A stretch of DNA of 64,000 nucleotides, from NCBI GenBank assembly GCA_041650595.1, contig JBAZKW010000011.1, positions 116 to 64,115 of the forward strand, written 5' to 3'. Numbering within the stretch: the stretch's first letter is position 1; each line of letters starts with the position of its first letter. Under the pieces are notes generated by a model. The model did not search any database. It saw only the letters and a list, made by a program, of their open reading frames with translations, and had not been told where the DNA came from. The translations under genes were made by a program, and so were the position numbers. Below are positions 34,562 through 47,432 of this stretch, in pieces. The DNA comes from Candidatus Margulisiibacteriota bacterium (lineage in GTDB: Bacteria; Margulisbacteria; WOR-1; JAKLHX01).

Positions 34562-36196
34562 ATGAACGTAAAAATCGGACAACTGATGGATAAAAAACTT
34601 GGGAAGCAAAAGAACGACATTCTTCCCGTACTTAAAGATTTGTCCAAGATAGTTCTGGCAGAAGGCAAAAAGTTCGATGTCTGTGAAAAGGCGTCCAAGG
34701 ACCTTCCGGAAATAGCCGGCAATGCACTTCTGTCTTTTTCATCCTCAGGAAAAACTTCTTCGGTAAAACCTTTGAAGGTTGGCGTCCTTTTTTCCGGCGG
34801 ACCGGCATCAGGCGGCCACAATGTTGTTGTCGGACTTTATGACGCGATAAAAGAAATGGACCCAAAAAGCGAGGTCATAGGTTTTATGAACGGACCTGAC
34901 GGCTTGTTGAAAGCCGACGGCAAAGTCCTGTCAAAAGCAGATATAGACAGTGTAAGGAACCAGGGAGGCTTTTATCTTCTCGGGACTTCCCGGACAAAGT
35001 TTGAAAAAGAATCAGATATGGCCAAATGTTCCGAAACCATCAAAAAGTTCGATCTTGACGGGCTTTTGATCATCGGAGGTGACGATTCCAATACCAACGC
35101 GGCACATCTGGCGAACCATCTTAAAAAAGACGGCTCCAAAGCTGTTGTTGTCGGTATTCCCAAGACCATAGACGGTGATCTTGCCTATCTCCCTTATCTC
35201 CAGACTTCTTTCGGGTTTTATACGGCGGCTATGACCTACAGCGAAATGGTCGGCAATATTTGCAGGGATCTTCCATCCAGCCGCAAGATATGGCATTTTG
35301 TAAAGCTCATGGGACGATCAGCCAGCTGGATAACGCTTGAAACCGCTTTCCAGACACAGCCGAACGTCGCGCTCATCGGCGAAGAGATCAAAGAAAAGAA
35401 GATGACCCTGTCGCAGGTAATAGACATGGTCGCCGATATCATCGAAAAAAGATATAAAGCCGGTAAAAAATACGGGATCGTCCTTATCCCGGAAGGAATA
35501 GTAGAATTCATTCCTGAAATAAAAAGCCTTATTTCCAGTATCAACAAAGCGATAGTGAATATAGGCAACGATCATTTCATAAAAATGCATATCAACGACA
35601 GAAAAGAAAAGGTCCTGGTTGAACTTATACAAGAGCATGAAAGGCTTTTCGTGGAACTGCCTCACACCGTGCAGAACGGGCTTCTTTCGGGTTTGGACCC
35701 GCACGGCAACGTACAGGTATCGCAAATCGCCTCAGATGTGCTCATTATGGACCTGGTCTGGGACCGCCTTTCACAACGGGGCATAAAATTGACCACACAG
35801 ACGCATTTCTACGGTTATGACGGAAGATGCGGATATCCTACATGGTTCGACGCGACCTATACATATAATCTTGGCAGGGCCGCAAGTATACTCGTAGCCA
35901 ACAGCAAAGCCGGTTATATGGTAACAGTGAATAACATCAACGGATCATTTGATAAGTGGCAGGCGCAAGGGATCCCCCTAGCCGGCATGATGGCCGTGGA
36001 AGAAAGAAAAGGAAAAGACTGTCTCGTAATATCAAAGTATCTGGTGAACCTAAACAGCAGGGCCTTTAAAGAATTCGAAAAGAACCGCGACAAATGGGCT
36101 TTTGAAGACTGCTACCTTTGTCCGGGTCCTATCCAATTCTTCGGGCCGGATGAACTGGTAAAATCAAAAGCGATAACGATGGAGTTGAACACCTGA
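34562..36196 (+). CDS. pfp: Pyrophosphate-dependent 6-phosphofructokinase
   Basis: GGDDSNTNA and PKTIDGDL, the PPi-type variants of GGDGS and PGTIDND. Start moved to the ATG at 34562, 5 nt after AAGGAG; the track ATG at 34547 abuts the repeat. Confidence 0.9.
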   Translation: MNVKIGQLMDKKLGKQKNDILPVLKDLSKIVLAEGKKFDVCEKASKDLPEIAGNALLSFSSSGKTSSVKPLKVGVLFSGGPASGGHNVVVGLYDAIKEMDPKSEVIGFMNGPDGLLKADGKVLSKADIDSVRNQGGFYLLGTSRTKFEKESDMAKCSETIKKFDLDGLLIIGGDDSNTNAAHLANHLKKDGSKAVVVGIPKTIDGDLAYLPYLQTSFGFYTAAMTYSEMVGNICRDLPSSRKIWHFVKLMGRSASWITLETAFQTQPNVALIGEEIKEKKMTLSQVIDMVADIIEKRYKAGKKYGIVLIPEGIVEFIPEIKSLISSINKAIVNIGNDHFIKMHINDRKEKVLVELIQEHERLFVELPHTVQNGLLSGLDPHGNVQVSQIASDVLIMDLVWDRLSQRGIKLTTQTHFYGYDGRCGYPTWFDATYTYNLGRAASILVANSKAGYMVTVNNINGSFDKWQAQGIPLAGMMAVEERKGKDCLVISKYLVNLNSRAFKEFEKNRDKWAFEDCYLCPGPIQFFGPDELVKSKAITMELNT

Positions 36197-36241
36197 GTTA
36201 AAGATCGCAACACATTCTAGGCTGCACGGACAAGGTGCGCA

Positions 36242-37027
36242 TTAATGCACGCCATCTCTTCTCTCCCGCCGTCCCATATCAAAGCACCCTTTTTCGTCAA
36301 AGCCGGCATGCTCAAGGAATCCAAGAGTATTTTGTATCTCCTGATTTAAGCGTTTATCGGCATCATAGTCGTCTTTGGGATAAATTTTGAATTGAAAATT
36401 TCGAATATAGTCTGCGAACATGCCTCCTCGCAAACCGGCGGCCATAAGCAAAATCAAGGATTCGCTTCCGTACCCTGCGCCCCTGAAATTGACATCTAAG
36501 GGAAACACGACATGATCATCCGATGATACGATGCCGCGATGATGTATCCCATATCTGAAGAAAAGATTGTTAGCTCCTTTCGCGTGTTCATAAAGACCGT
36601 GACCGATAACAATATCGCCAAAATCATTATGTCTGACGGATATCGAAAACAGATGCGTTTTTCTTGTTTTTACGCGTGAAAGAGGAACAAAATATGCCAA
36701 CTTTACCCTTCCATGAGTAAAAACTGTGCAGCAACCGGGATCAAGATCCTTTCCGACCCGAATATTCCCTATCCAATCGGAGCGGAACGTTCCGAACATC
36801 GCATCAGAAAATCGTGTTGCAATAGTTCCAACTTTTTCGGCACAAGTTATTTGTTCTCTTCCAAAATCAACTTCTTTAATGAATCCCGGAGTTAAAGGAA
36901 ATAATCCGGCGTTCCTGTCTTTTGGTCTCGGCGCCATTCCAGCATAAAGAGAAGTTTCCGCAAGCGGCAAAGGACGGAACCCTGACACTATAAAAGAGCC
37001 TCCACACCCGCTCACGCGCTCCACCAT
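36242..37027 (-). CDS. Hypothetical protein, possible GNAT-fold acetyltransferase
   Basis: VNFRGAGYGSESLILLMAAG (R-x-x-G-x-G motif A) and LGFLEHAGF near the C-terminus. Overlaps the upstream gene by 16 nt. Confidence 0.5.
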   Translation of the reverse strand: MVERVSGCGGSFIVSGFRPLPLAETSLYAGMAPRPKDRNAGLFPLTPGFIKEVDFGREQITCAEKVGTIATRFSDAMFGTFRSDWIGNIRVGKDLDPGCCTVFTHGRVKLAYFVPLSRVKTRKTHLFSISVRHNDFGDIVIGHGLYEHAKGANNLFFRYGIHHRGIVSSDDHVVFPLDVNFRGAGYGSESLILLMAAGLRGGMFADYIRNFQFKIYPKDDYDADKRLNQEIQNTLGFLEHAGFDEKGCFDMGRRERRDGVH

Positions 37028-38232
37028 TGCTTCGCCTCAAAATCAGGAACATCCCCCACCCTTCTTCCGCTCACAAGATTCGCCCATTGCAGTATGCCTA
37101 GGCTGCCGTCAAGCCGCTGCTCGCAACTAAGATATACATGCGGCGGGAGTTCATCAGCGTCCATGGGACTGTGGTTCAGATAAAAACATATCCGCCTGAC
37201 ATTCTTATAACGCGAAAGATTGATGCCGAATGTTTCTATGTCGTTTGTGCCGTCACCCATTATGATCACGAGCGTATTTTCTTCCGGATTGATGTCGCTT
37301 AATATTCTGCCAAGCGATTGGACCACTGCCTGCGCTTTAGTTATTTTAGATAGCAATACAAATGTCGCGCCCGGGATAAGAAATGTACCGGGATATACAT
37401 GCCACCACCTGAGCATGTTATCGACAACGGATTTTGCAAATCGCCGTGAATCGTCCTGCGTTGGATCATACGCATCGAGAACGCTCTTGGTATCCTGGAG
37501 TTCAAGGACAAGCGCACTCCCCACATCGTATATATAAGGGCCGCCGAATGTCGGGCCGATCAATCTTGACAGCAATTTAAATTTAAAAACCTCGCCTTGT
37601 ATCCCTTTACCCCATAGGCCATACTTACGTAATATTTCAAATCTTTTTAAAGCGCTCCCAAAAGCATCGTTGATTTTCTTCAATTCAGGTTGCTTAAATA
37701 AGTTGACAAACGTGCCTTTCGGTTCGTCAGCTTCAGCATGAAAAGCCCTCATAAATGCCAGCATCATGATGTGTGCGGCATCTTCCCTGAAACTCAGCGA
37801 CCAGCTGGGTTCGATTCTCGAAAATGATTTTTCTCCGTCCGGCCGATAATCCTCCTGTGTTCTTCCTGTCGCGGCAATCATATGGTAACGGTCCGCCCAG
37901 TCCATTGCTGCAAGAGCATTGCGAAAAATCGTTTGCGATTTCCTCATTTCAGATTCGGGATCGCCGGAATTGACCAGCAAAGCATTATCAGGATTTGAAA
38001 GAAAACTAAGCGAAGCCGCATGAATATCTTCCCTGATCGGTTTATCCGTCCTTTCCGTCAAAGTCCCTGTATTGTCGGAAACAAGTATCACATGTTTGAT
38101 CACTTCTCCGGCAGGCCAGCCCGTCACTTCGACAAGGCGCAAATCAGTATCTATGAGGCGCAAATCTGAAGCCGTCCCATGCGCAGCACGCAGCATTCTT
38201 GGTGCACCTGTTCTGTTCATTACAACTCGCAT
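37012..38232 (-). CDS. Soluble HAD-superfamily protein with P-type-ATPase-like DNTGTLT and GDGTND motifs
   Basis: VSDNTGTLTE (compare DKTGTLT) and MGDGTNDIE (compare GDGxND) lie about 280 aa apart. No TM segments. Confidence 0.6.
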   Translation of the reverse strand: MRVVMNRTGAPRMLRAAHGTASDLRLIDTDLRLVEVTGWPAGEVIKHVILVSDNTGTLTERTDKPIREDIHAASLSFLSNPDNALLVNSGDPESEMRKSQTIFRNALAAMDWADRYHMIAATGRTQEDYRPDGEKSFSRIEPSWSLSFREDAAHIMMLAFMRAFHAEADEPKGTFVNLFKQPELKKINDAFGSALKRFEILRKYGLWGKGIQGEVFKFKLLSRLIGPTFGGPYIYDVGSALVLELQDTKSVLDAYDPTQDDSRRFAKSVVDNMLRWWHVYPGTFLIPGATFVLLSKITKAQAVVQSLGRILSDINPEENTLVIIMGDGTNDIETFGINLSRYKNVRRICFYLNHSPMDADELPPHVYLSCEQRLDGSLGILQWANLVSGRRVGDVPDFEAKQWWSA

Positions 38233-38275
38233 TTGCTACTTTCCTTTGCCCTGTGAATATAGTTCCATCAATTAT

Positions 38276-38303
38276 CTATCGTAAGTTTCCGGAAGGAATT
38301 TCA
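38276..38303 (-). promoter_or_regulatory. Sigma-28-type promoter (TGAAAT-N16-CGATAG)
   Basis: Sense strand tTGAAATtccttccggaaacttaCGATAGa. AAAGGAAAG lies before the ATG at 38232. Confidence 0.6.
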
Positions 38304-38323
38304 AAAAATGAGGATACTATAGC

Positions 38324-40027
38324 CTAAAACTTACACCCTGCAGGAATTGCCCGATCCATAGCGTATTGTATTTCGTCAAGAATCCTTTGTCCCGTATTCA
38401 TGTCTGCTAAGCGCAATCCTGCCTTTCTTAACATCTCATAAACAGTTGCCAAATCAATATGCTCTGCCTGTCCTGATGCAAGGACATCAACCATCGCAAG
38501 TGTTTGTGAAGCATTCATTTGGAAATTGCCTACCTCTAGAATAATAAGATTGATTTCTTCACCGACCATTTTTTTGAGCTGTTGAAAAAGCTGATACATT
38601 GCAGATGGAGTGCCGGGTCGAGAAACAATTCTTGATATTTCCTCAATCCCCATTAGAAGCAGCTTAAGTGACGGATAACCTTCGCGCCGCTTGCCGAAAG
38701 AAAGCGGCAGCTCTCCGCGCAGGAATCTTTCTGCATCTGTATGATATGGCCTGCTTTGTTCCGAGCCGATGAATGAACTGATCCATTGCCTTGCTGTGCT
38801 CTGAGCTTTTTCCTCAAAATTGTCCAAACCTTTTTCCTCATACAAATAAACAAGCCCACGGACAATTCCGTGGAAAGCAACGCTTGGGTTTGAAAGGCGA
38901 GATAGAGTGCGGGCTTGATATTCCATATGTCCAGCAGCAATTTTGTCCCCTTTAGGCCTGACATTATCGACTGCCATAAGATCCACGAGAGAACGGACAA
39001 ATCTGGGTATGCTTACACCTGTCTTTCTTTCTCTTATTGATATAAGACGCAATTCATGCCTATCCTCCGCTGATTTTCTATAGATAGTATCGCCTGCATT
39101 AAGGAAATAATTTGCTATTGTTGTACCGCCTTTGGCCTCAGGTTCGTAATGATAAACAATGGAAGCAATGACCTCTGCAAGGACATCCGCAACATCTTCC
39201 TCGGGAAGTTTGACCAGTCGGCTTCTTTCGCCGCAAAACTCCCAGCGCCAGAGGGTCCCGTGTTCAAAACCCAGCTCTTCATAACCGCCGAGAAATTGTG
39301 AAATCCCGATCGTATATTTTTGATCGGCGACTGTCACATTACGTACTCCATAAGGTTTAGGAAGGAATCTTCGCCTTCCGATGCGCCAATAATGTTCAAA
39401 ATATTGCTGATTTTTGGCAATTGTTTCCGCACGCATTTTATTTTTGTTGCGCGGGATCTCCACGACAAGCTGCGGATTGCCGTCAATATTCACCTTCAGC
39501 AACTGCGAAAATGATCCCTGCTTAAATAACTCGAACTCTATTGTGTTCACATCAGGGCTAACTCCAAAAGGATGCCACAGCATTTTATCAGCCAACAGTT
39601 CATGTGCAGCTTTCCTTCTCAGATTGCCCAATTCTTCTCCGTCTAACATGTTTTTAGGGTCCGGATCATATGGTTCCGGAAAAGGTGTTATGTAATTCGT
39701 CTGAGCTCCTTCTAAAGAGTCATCATCTATTTGAGCTTGCAGAATCTGTTGCATAATAAGATGGTTTTGACCACTTTGTAATATCAATCCCCTTTTTCTT
39801 GAAATTTCACTGACAATTGCCGGTGATAGAGCAGGATGAACGAGCAGCTCTTCTAAAACAGCACTCAGCGCCGCTTTTTGCTTTGGAGAAATACCTCCCA
39901 GTTTGGCTTCGACTTTTGGCATGACCCGAGTAGCATTAAGCGATCTGCTGCCCAAATCAATATGTGAAGCTCTAAGGACTTGCGGCGTAAAACCTGATCT
40001 ATGACCCATACAGCTTGTAACTCTCAT
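38324..40027 (-). CDS. Hypothetical protein
   Basis: 567-aa ORF with no secure motifs. Its N-terminus resembles those of the two downstream genes. Confidence 0.55.
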   Translation of the reverse strand: MRVTSCMGHRSGFTPQVLRASHIDLGSRSLNATRVMPKVEAKLGGISPKQKAALSAVLEELLVHPALSPAIVSEISRKRGLILQSGQNHLIMQQILQAQIDDDSLEGAQTNYITPFPEPYDPDPKNMLDGEELGNLRRKAAHELLADKMLWHPFGVSPDVNTIEFELFKQGSFSQLLKVNIDGNPQLVVEIPRNKNKMRAETIAKNQQYFEHYWRIGRRRFLPKPYGVRNVTVADQKYTIGISQFLGGYEELGFEHGTLWRWEFCGERSRLVKLPEEDVADVLAEVIASIVYHYEPEAKGGTTIANYFLNAGDTIYRKSAEDRHELRLISIRERKTGVSIPRFVRSLVDLMAVDNVRPKGDKIAAGHMEYQARTLSRLSNPSVAFHGIVRGLVYLYEEKGLDNFEEKAQSTARQWISSFIGSEQSRPYHTDAERFLRGELPLSFGKRREGYPSLKLLLMGIEEISRIVSRPGTPSAMYQLFQQLKKMVGEEINLIILEVGNFQMNASQTLAMVDVLASGQAEHIDLATVYEMLRKAGLRLADMNTGQRILDEIQYAMDRAIPAGCKF

Positions 40028-40062
40028 TTAATTGTTATATCTCCCATAATGTGCTCAAATAT

Positions 40063-40090
40063 TTATCGGCAATAAGGCGTGTGGATTTCA
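40063..40090 (-). promoter_or_regulatory. Sigma-28-type promoter (TGAAAT-N16-CGATAA; full GCCGATAA)
   Basis: Sense strand tTGAAATccacacgccttattGCCGATAAa. Confidence 0.65.
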
Positions 40091-40161
40091 ACTAAAAATA
40101 TAATGATTTGACGATTTTGTGAAATGGAGACAAAATTTCAGTGTCGGGTTAAGACTCAGCC

Positions 40162-42969
<2,808 letters not shown>

Positions 42970-42985
<16 letters not shown>

Positions 42986-43923
42986 TTGTCTTTTATCACG
43001 GCAAGCAATTTATCTTTTGCCTCTTCCACCGGTCCTGACATGACGATACCGGATGCTCTTTGATGTCCGCCTCCGCCAAGCTCTTTGGCGACCAGTTGAA
43101 TATTCCTTTGTTTTGATCTCAGATTAACCTTAATTTTGCCGTCCGACATTTCCCGCAAGAACACCGCGATATCAACGCCTTTTATGGCCCGTATCCTGTC
43201 GGCGATCGAGCTCGTCTCTTCATCCAAGGCTCCGGCGCTTTCTATCTCTCCCCTTGTAAGCCAGGTATAAGCGACCTGCCCGTCAATGATCGTTTCGGTC
43301 TTTTCCAGGGCTTTTGCGAGTATTTTCATTTCGGACCTTGTCTTTGATTCGTATATTTTTATCGCAATGTCATGAGGATCGGCTCCCGCTTCTACCAGCG
43401 CGGCCGCGATCTTAAACACTTTTGCTGTCGCATTGTCATATTTAAAATTACCGGTATCGGTCACTATGGCGCTGTAAATAGCTATCGCCATATCCTCATT
43501 AAGTTCTAATTTCAACTTTTTTGAAAGATCATATATCAATTCTCCGGTAGAGGAACACTTCTTTATGAAATTGATATCCCCGAACTTGGTGTTGTCCACG
43601 TGATGATCGATATTTATCACTAGGTCGGAGAGCTTTTCTATCCCGGTAAAGCCCGGTATTCTTTTGGAATCCGCGCAGTCAAGAGCAACTATGGCATCAA
43701 ACTTTGACAATCCGTCTATGGAAGAAGATACTTTATCGGTATATTTTAAGAACTTGTAAACTTCGGGTATGGGGCCCGAACAATATACTGAGAATTTTTT
43801 TTCTAGTTTTTCAAGCATAGAGCAGAACGCGCTTGCGGACCCTATAGTATCCCCGTCGGGATCTACATGCATGCATACGAGAAAACTTTTCGAGTTATTT
43901 ATCGCTTGGACTATTTTTTCCAT
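42970..43923 (-). CDS. nrnA: DHH/DHHA1 phosphoesterase (NrnA-like oligoribonuclease/pAp phosphatase)
   Basis: DPDGD, DHH and GGGH motifs. Confidence 0.85.
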
Positions 43924-44251
43924 TTTTTTTGCTCATCAGGTTCCACAGACGGCTGGCCTTTTCAAGGGATTCGTCATAAGCGAATCTCAATTTTGGCACC
44001 ATGCGCAACGCTAATTTGTCTCCTAATATCCCTTTGACATATCCCGTCGCGCGGTCGAGCGCTTCCATGGAAGTTTTTTTCTTTTCTTCCTCTCCCAGTA
44101 CGCTGACATAAACCGTAGCGTTTTCAAGGTCGGGAGAAACCGCAACTTTTGTGACAGTCACAAATCCGAGACCCGGATCGTCCAGGTCTTTGGTGAGGAT
44201 CCCGCTGACAATCTTTTTAATCTGCTCGGCTACCCGTTCAGGCCTTGACAT
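43895..44251 (-). CDS. rbfA: Ribosome-binding factor A
   Basis: 118 aa, typical RbfA N-terminus, position after infB. Confidence 0.9.
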   Translation of the reverse strand: MSRPERVAEQIKKIVSGILTKDLDDPGLGFVTVTKVAVSPDLENATVYVSVLGEEEKKKTSMEALDRATGYVKGILGDKLALRMVPKLRFAYDESLEKASRLWNLMSKKNGKNSPSDK

Positions 44252-46313
44252 GCTTTTTCTTTACCCGCATTTCGAATTGTTCTATCACGTCCTCGACCTT
44301 GAGCCCGTCAAAATTAGATATCGTGATGCCGCATTCAAGTCCGGCTGCCACCTCTTTTACGTCATCCTTAAACCTTTTTAAAGTTGAAATAGCGCCCTCG
44401 GCAATTTTTTCACTGTTGCGCAGGACCCTTGCCTTAGAGCCTCTTACAACCTTGCCGTCCGATACTATACAGCCAGCGATCGTCCCTACCTTAGAATATT
44501 TGAACATTTGTCTGACCGCCGCGTGTGCAGTTACCGCCTCTTCGTATTCGGGTTCCAGCATTCCCTCAAGAGCCATTTTTATATCATCGATAACTTCGTA
44601 AATTATGGAATACATGCGGACATCTACTCCTTCGCTGTCCGCAAGCGCTTTGGTCTCGCCTTCAAAATCAACATTAAAGCCGACAATTATGGCTTCGGAG
44701 GCTTTGGAAAGCATTATATCGCCCTGTGTTATGTTGCCCGTACTGTTCCTTATTATATTAGTCTTGATGTTTCCCGCCGAAAGTTCTTCAAGTGAGCTCA
44801 CAAGAGCTTCCTGCGAGCCGTGGACATCCGCCTTTATTATCAGATTAAGGCCTTTTACTTCGTCACCGGATTTTACTTTTTGTGAAAAATCTTCCAGCGA
44901 GATGACCTTGCCACGAAGCTTGCTTTGGTCCTGGCTTTGGCTGTTTTGTTCGGCTATGGTCCGTGCCTCTTTTTCGCTGGGCATGACCTTAAAAACATCT
45001 CCTGACTGCGGGACCGAAGAAATACCAAGTATCTTTATTGGAAAAGCAGGCCCTGCTTTCGATATCCTTTTTCCTTTGTCATTGATAAGCGCCCTAATTT
45101 TTCCGCTTGTTCCTCCCGAATAGAAGGCATCTCCGACCCTTAATGTACCTTCTTGCACTATTACCGTGGCCACGGGGCCCATAGACTTGTCCATATAAGA
45201 CTCTATTATCACACCTGCGGCAGGACAGGACGGATTGGCCTTTAGTTCCTGCATATCGGCCATCAAAAGTATCATCTCTAAAAGCGACTCGATCCCCGTA
45301 CCTTTTAGTGCAGAAACTCCTACAGTTACAGTACTACCGCCCCATTCTTCGGGAGTCAGGTCAAATTCTGAGAGTTGCTGTTTTACTCTGTCCGGAGAAG
45401 CGTCTGGCTTGTCTATCTTGTTTATGGCAACTATTATCGGAACATTCGAAGCTTTTGCATGGTCTATTGCTTCTTTGGTCTGGGGCATAATGCCGTCATC
45501 AGCCGCTACCACAAGCACGACAATATCCGTTACGTTGGCACCTCTCGCCCGCAATGCAGTAAATGCCTCGTGGCCCGGGGTGTCCAAAAAAGTTATCTGC
45601 CTGCCGTTTATCTCTACCTGGTAGGCTCCTATGTGCTGTGTAATGCCTCCGGCTTCGGTATCTATGACATTTGTCTTTCTTATCGCGTCCAAAAGCTTGG
45701 TCTTGCCATGGTCCACATGCCCCATTACCGTCACTATCGGCGGGCGGGTCACTAATTTTGATTTATCAACGGTCCTGCAGGCATCTATTTTTTCGGAAGC
45801 TTTTTCCTCATATACAAGATCTATGCCAAGTTTTAAGGCCGCCTTGCTGGCAATCTCAAAATTTATCCTTTGGTTGATAGTAGCAAGGATCCCTTCCAGT
45901 AGCAGCTGTTTAATAAGGTCTACCGGCCTTACTTCCAGGCGGGCGGCAAGGTCTTTTACGGATATTTCTTTTTCGCTTAAGGCAACTATCTTATTTGAGA
46001 CTGCAGCAGCAGGTGGCATGGGAGCAGTTTCCGCAGGCGGAAGTTCTATAACGGCGGCTGGTTCCGGGCTGGCTTTTTCTGCCGGAGCTTTTGCAGTTTT
46101 TACCGCGGCAGGTTCTTGTTTCTTGCTTTTTCCGGATTTTATAAGTTCTGTTATCAGTTTTGCAGATTCTTCATCTATGGACGAAGCTTTGGTCTTTGCG
46201 TTTATGTCAAGGTCCTTAAGTATAGAAAGGAGTTCTTTGACATCTGTTTTCAGCTCTTTAGATAGAGCTTCAACCTTTATCTTCTTCGGAGCTGCTTTCT
46301 TTTTTACCGGCAT
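44238..46313 (-). CDS. infB: Translation initiation factor IF-2
   Basis: GTPase motifs GHVDHGKTKLLD, DTPGHEAF, NKID. Confidence 0.95.
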   Translation of the reverse strand: MPVKKKAAPKKIKVEALSKELKTDVKELLSILKDLDINAKTKASSIDEESAKLITELIKSGKSKKQEPAAVKTAKAPAEKASPEPAAVIELPPAETAPMPPAAAVSNKIVALSEKEISVKDLAARLEVRPVDLIKQLLLEGILATINQRINFEIASKAALKLGIDLVYEEKASEKIDACRTVDKSKLVTRPPIVTVMGHVDHGKTKLLDAIRKTNVIDTEAGGITQHIGAYQVEINGRQITFLDTPGHEAFTALRARGANVTDIVVLVVAADDGIMPQTKEAIDHAKASNVPIIVAINKIDKPDASPDRVKQQLSEFDLTPEEWGGSTVTVGVSALKGTGIESLLEMILLMADMQELKANPSCPAAGVIIESYMDKSMGPVATVIVQEGTLRVGDAFYSGGTSGKIRALINDKGKRISKAGPAFPIKILGISSVPQSGDVFKVMPSEKEARTIAEQNSQSQDQSKLRGKVISLEDFSQKVKSGDEVKGLNLIIKADVHGSQEALVSSLEELSAGNIKTNIIRNSTGNITQGDIMLSKASEAIIVGFNVDFEGETKALADSEGVDVRMYSIIYEVIDDIKMALEGMLEPEYEEAVTAHAAVRQMFKYSKVGTIAGCIVSDGKVVRGSKARVLRNSEKIAEGAISTLKRFKDDVKEVAAGLECGITISNFDGLKVEDVIEQFEMRVKKKHVKA

Positions 46314-46340
46314 TTTTTACCCCGCCTGCCATCGCTGCGC

Positions 46341-47432
46341 TCAGGCGCTGGCGGGCATGGCCTCTCCGCTGTTTTCAACGTCGATTTCCGCAGCAGGCTG
46401 CTTTTCTGCATCGCTTTTGATATCTATCTTCCATCCGGTAAGCTTTGAAGCAAGCCTTACGTTCTGGCCTTCTTTGCCGATCGCCAGTGACAGCTGGCTG
46501 TCAGGAACGGTAACAACAGCCGTTTGTTCCTCCGGTTTAAGCTCTATTTTAACAGGTTTAGCCGGGCTTAGAGCGTTGGCAATGTATGCTTTGGGGTCCG
46601 CTTTCCATTCTATGATATCTATTCTTTCATTTCCCAGTTCCCTCACAATGTTCTGTATCCTGGCTCCCATATGCCCAACACAGGTCCCGACAACGCTCAC
46701 GTTGGCATCTTTTGACTCAACGGCTATCTTTGTCCTGCGGCCTGCTTCGCGAACCACATTCTTTATCTCAAGCACGCCTTCGGCTATTTCCGGTACTTCA
46801 AGTTCGAACAGTTTTTTTACAAGGCCCGGATTGGTCCTGGATATAAGGATATGCGGACCTTTTGAGGTCCTTGATACTTCCGCAACATATACTTTGATCC
46901 TGTCCTTGGGACGCAGCGCCTCCGAAGGCTCTACTTCTGAAAAAGGCAGGAGTGTTTCCACTCTGCCCAGGTTGACCAGGTATCCGTTATATTCTTTCTG
47001 TTGGATGGTGCCGGTAACTATTTCTCCCTGTTTTTTTGTGAATTCATCAAAGGCCATATCCTTTTCAGCTTCCCTGATTCGCTGCATTATTACCTGTTTG
47101 GCGGTTTGCGCGGCAAGGCGTCCGAAATCTTTGGGAGTCACGTCAAAGGTGACCTGTCCGCCTATTTCGGCTTCTTTATCCGTTTTTTTGGCTTCTGCCA
47201 GGCTTATTTCAAGCTCGGGGTCAACGAGCTCTTCGACAATATTTTTGGCCGCAAATACTTTTACATTGCCTTCATCGTCGATCTTTATGCTCAGGTTTTC
47301 GCCTGTTCCCGGTATTTTCTTGCGGCTGGCAGAAAGCAAAGCCGCTTCGACCGCGGATACCAGCACCTCTTTTGGTATCCCGCGTTCATTCTGGATCACG
47401 GTGAGCATTGTTTTAAAGCCTTCGATCTTCAT
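46341..47432 (-). CDS. nusA: Transcription termination/antitermination factor NusA
   Basis: 363 aa, S1 plus 2 KH region sequence. Precedes infB. Confidence 0.9.
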   Translation of the reverse strand: MKIEGFKTMLTVIQNERGIPKEVLVSAVEAALLSASRKKIPGTGENLSIKIDDEGNVKVFAAKNIVEELVDPELEISLAEAKKTDKEAEIGGQVTFDVTPKDFGRLAAQTAKQVIMQRIREAEKDMAFDEFTKKQGEIVTGTIQQKEYNGYLVNLGRVETLLPFSEVEPSEALRPKDRIKVYVAEVSRTSKGPHILISRTNPGLVKKLFELEVPEIAEGVLEIKNVVREAGRRTKIAVESKDANVSVVGTCVGHMGARIQNIVRELGNERIDIIEWKADPKAYIANALSPAKPVKIELKPEEQTAVVTVPDSQLSLAIGKEGQNVRLASKLTGWKIDIKSDAEKQPAAEIDVENSGEAMPASA

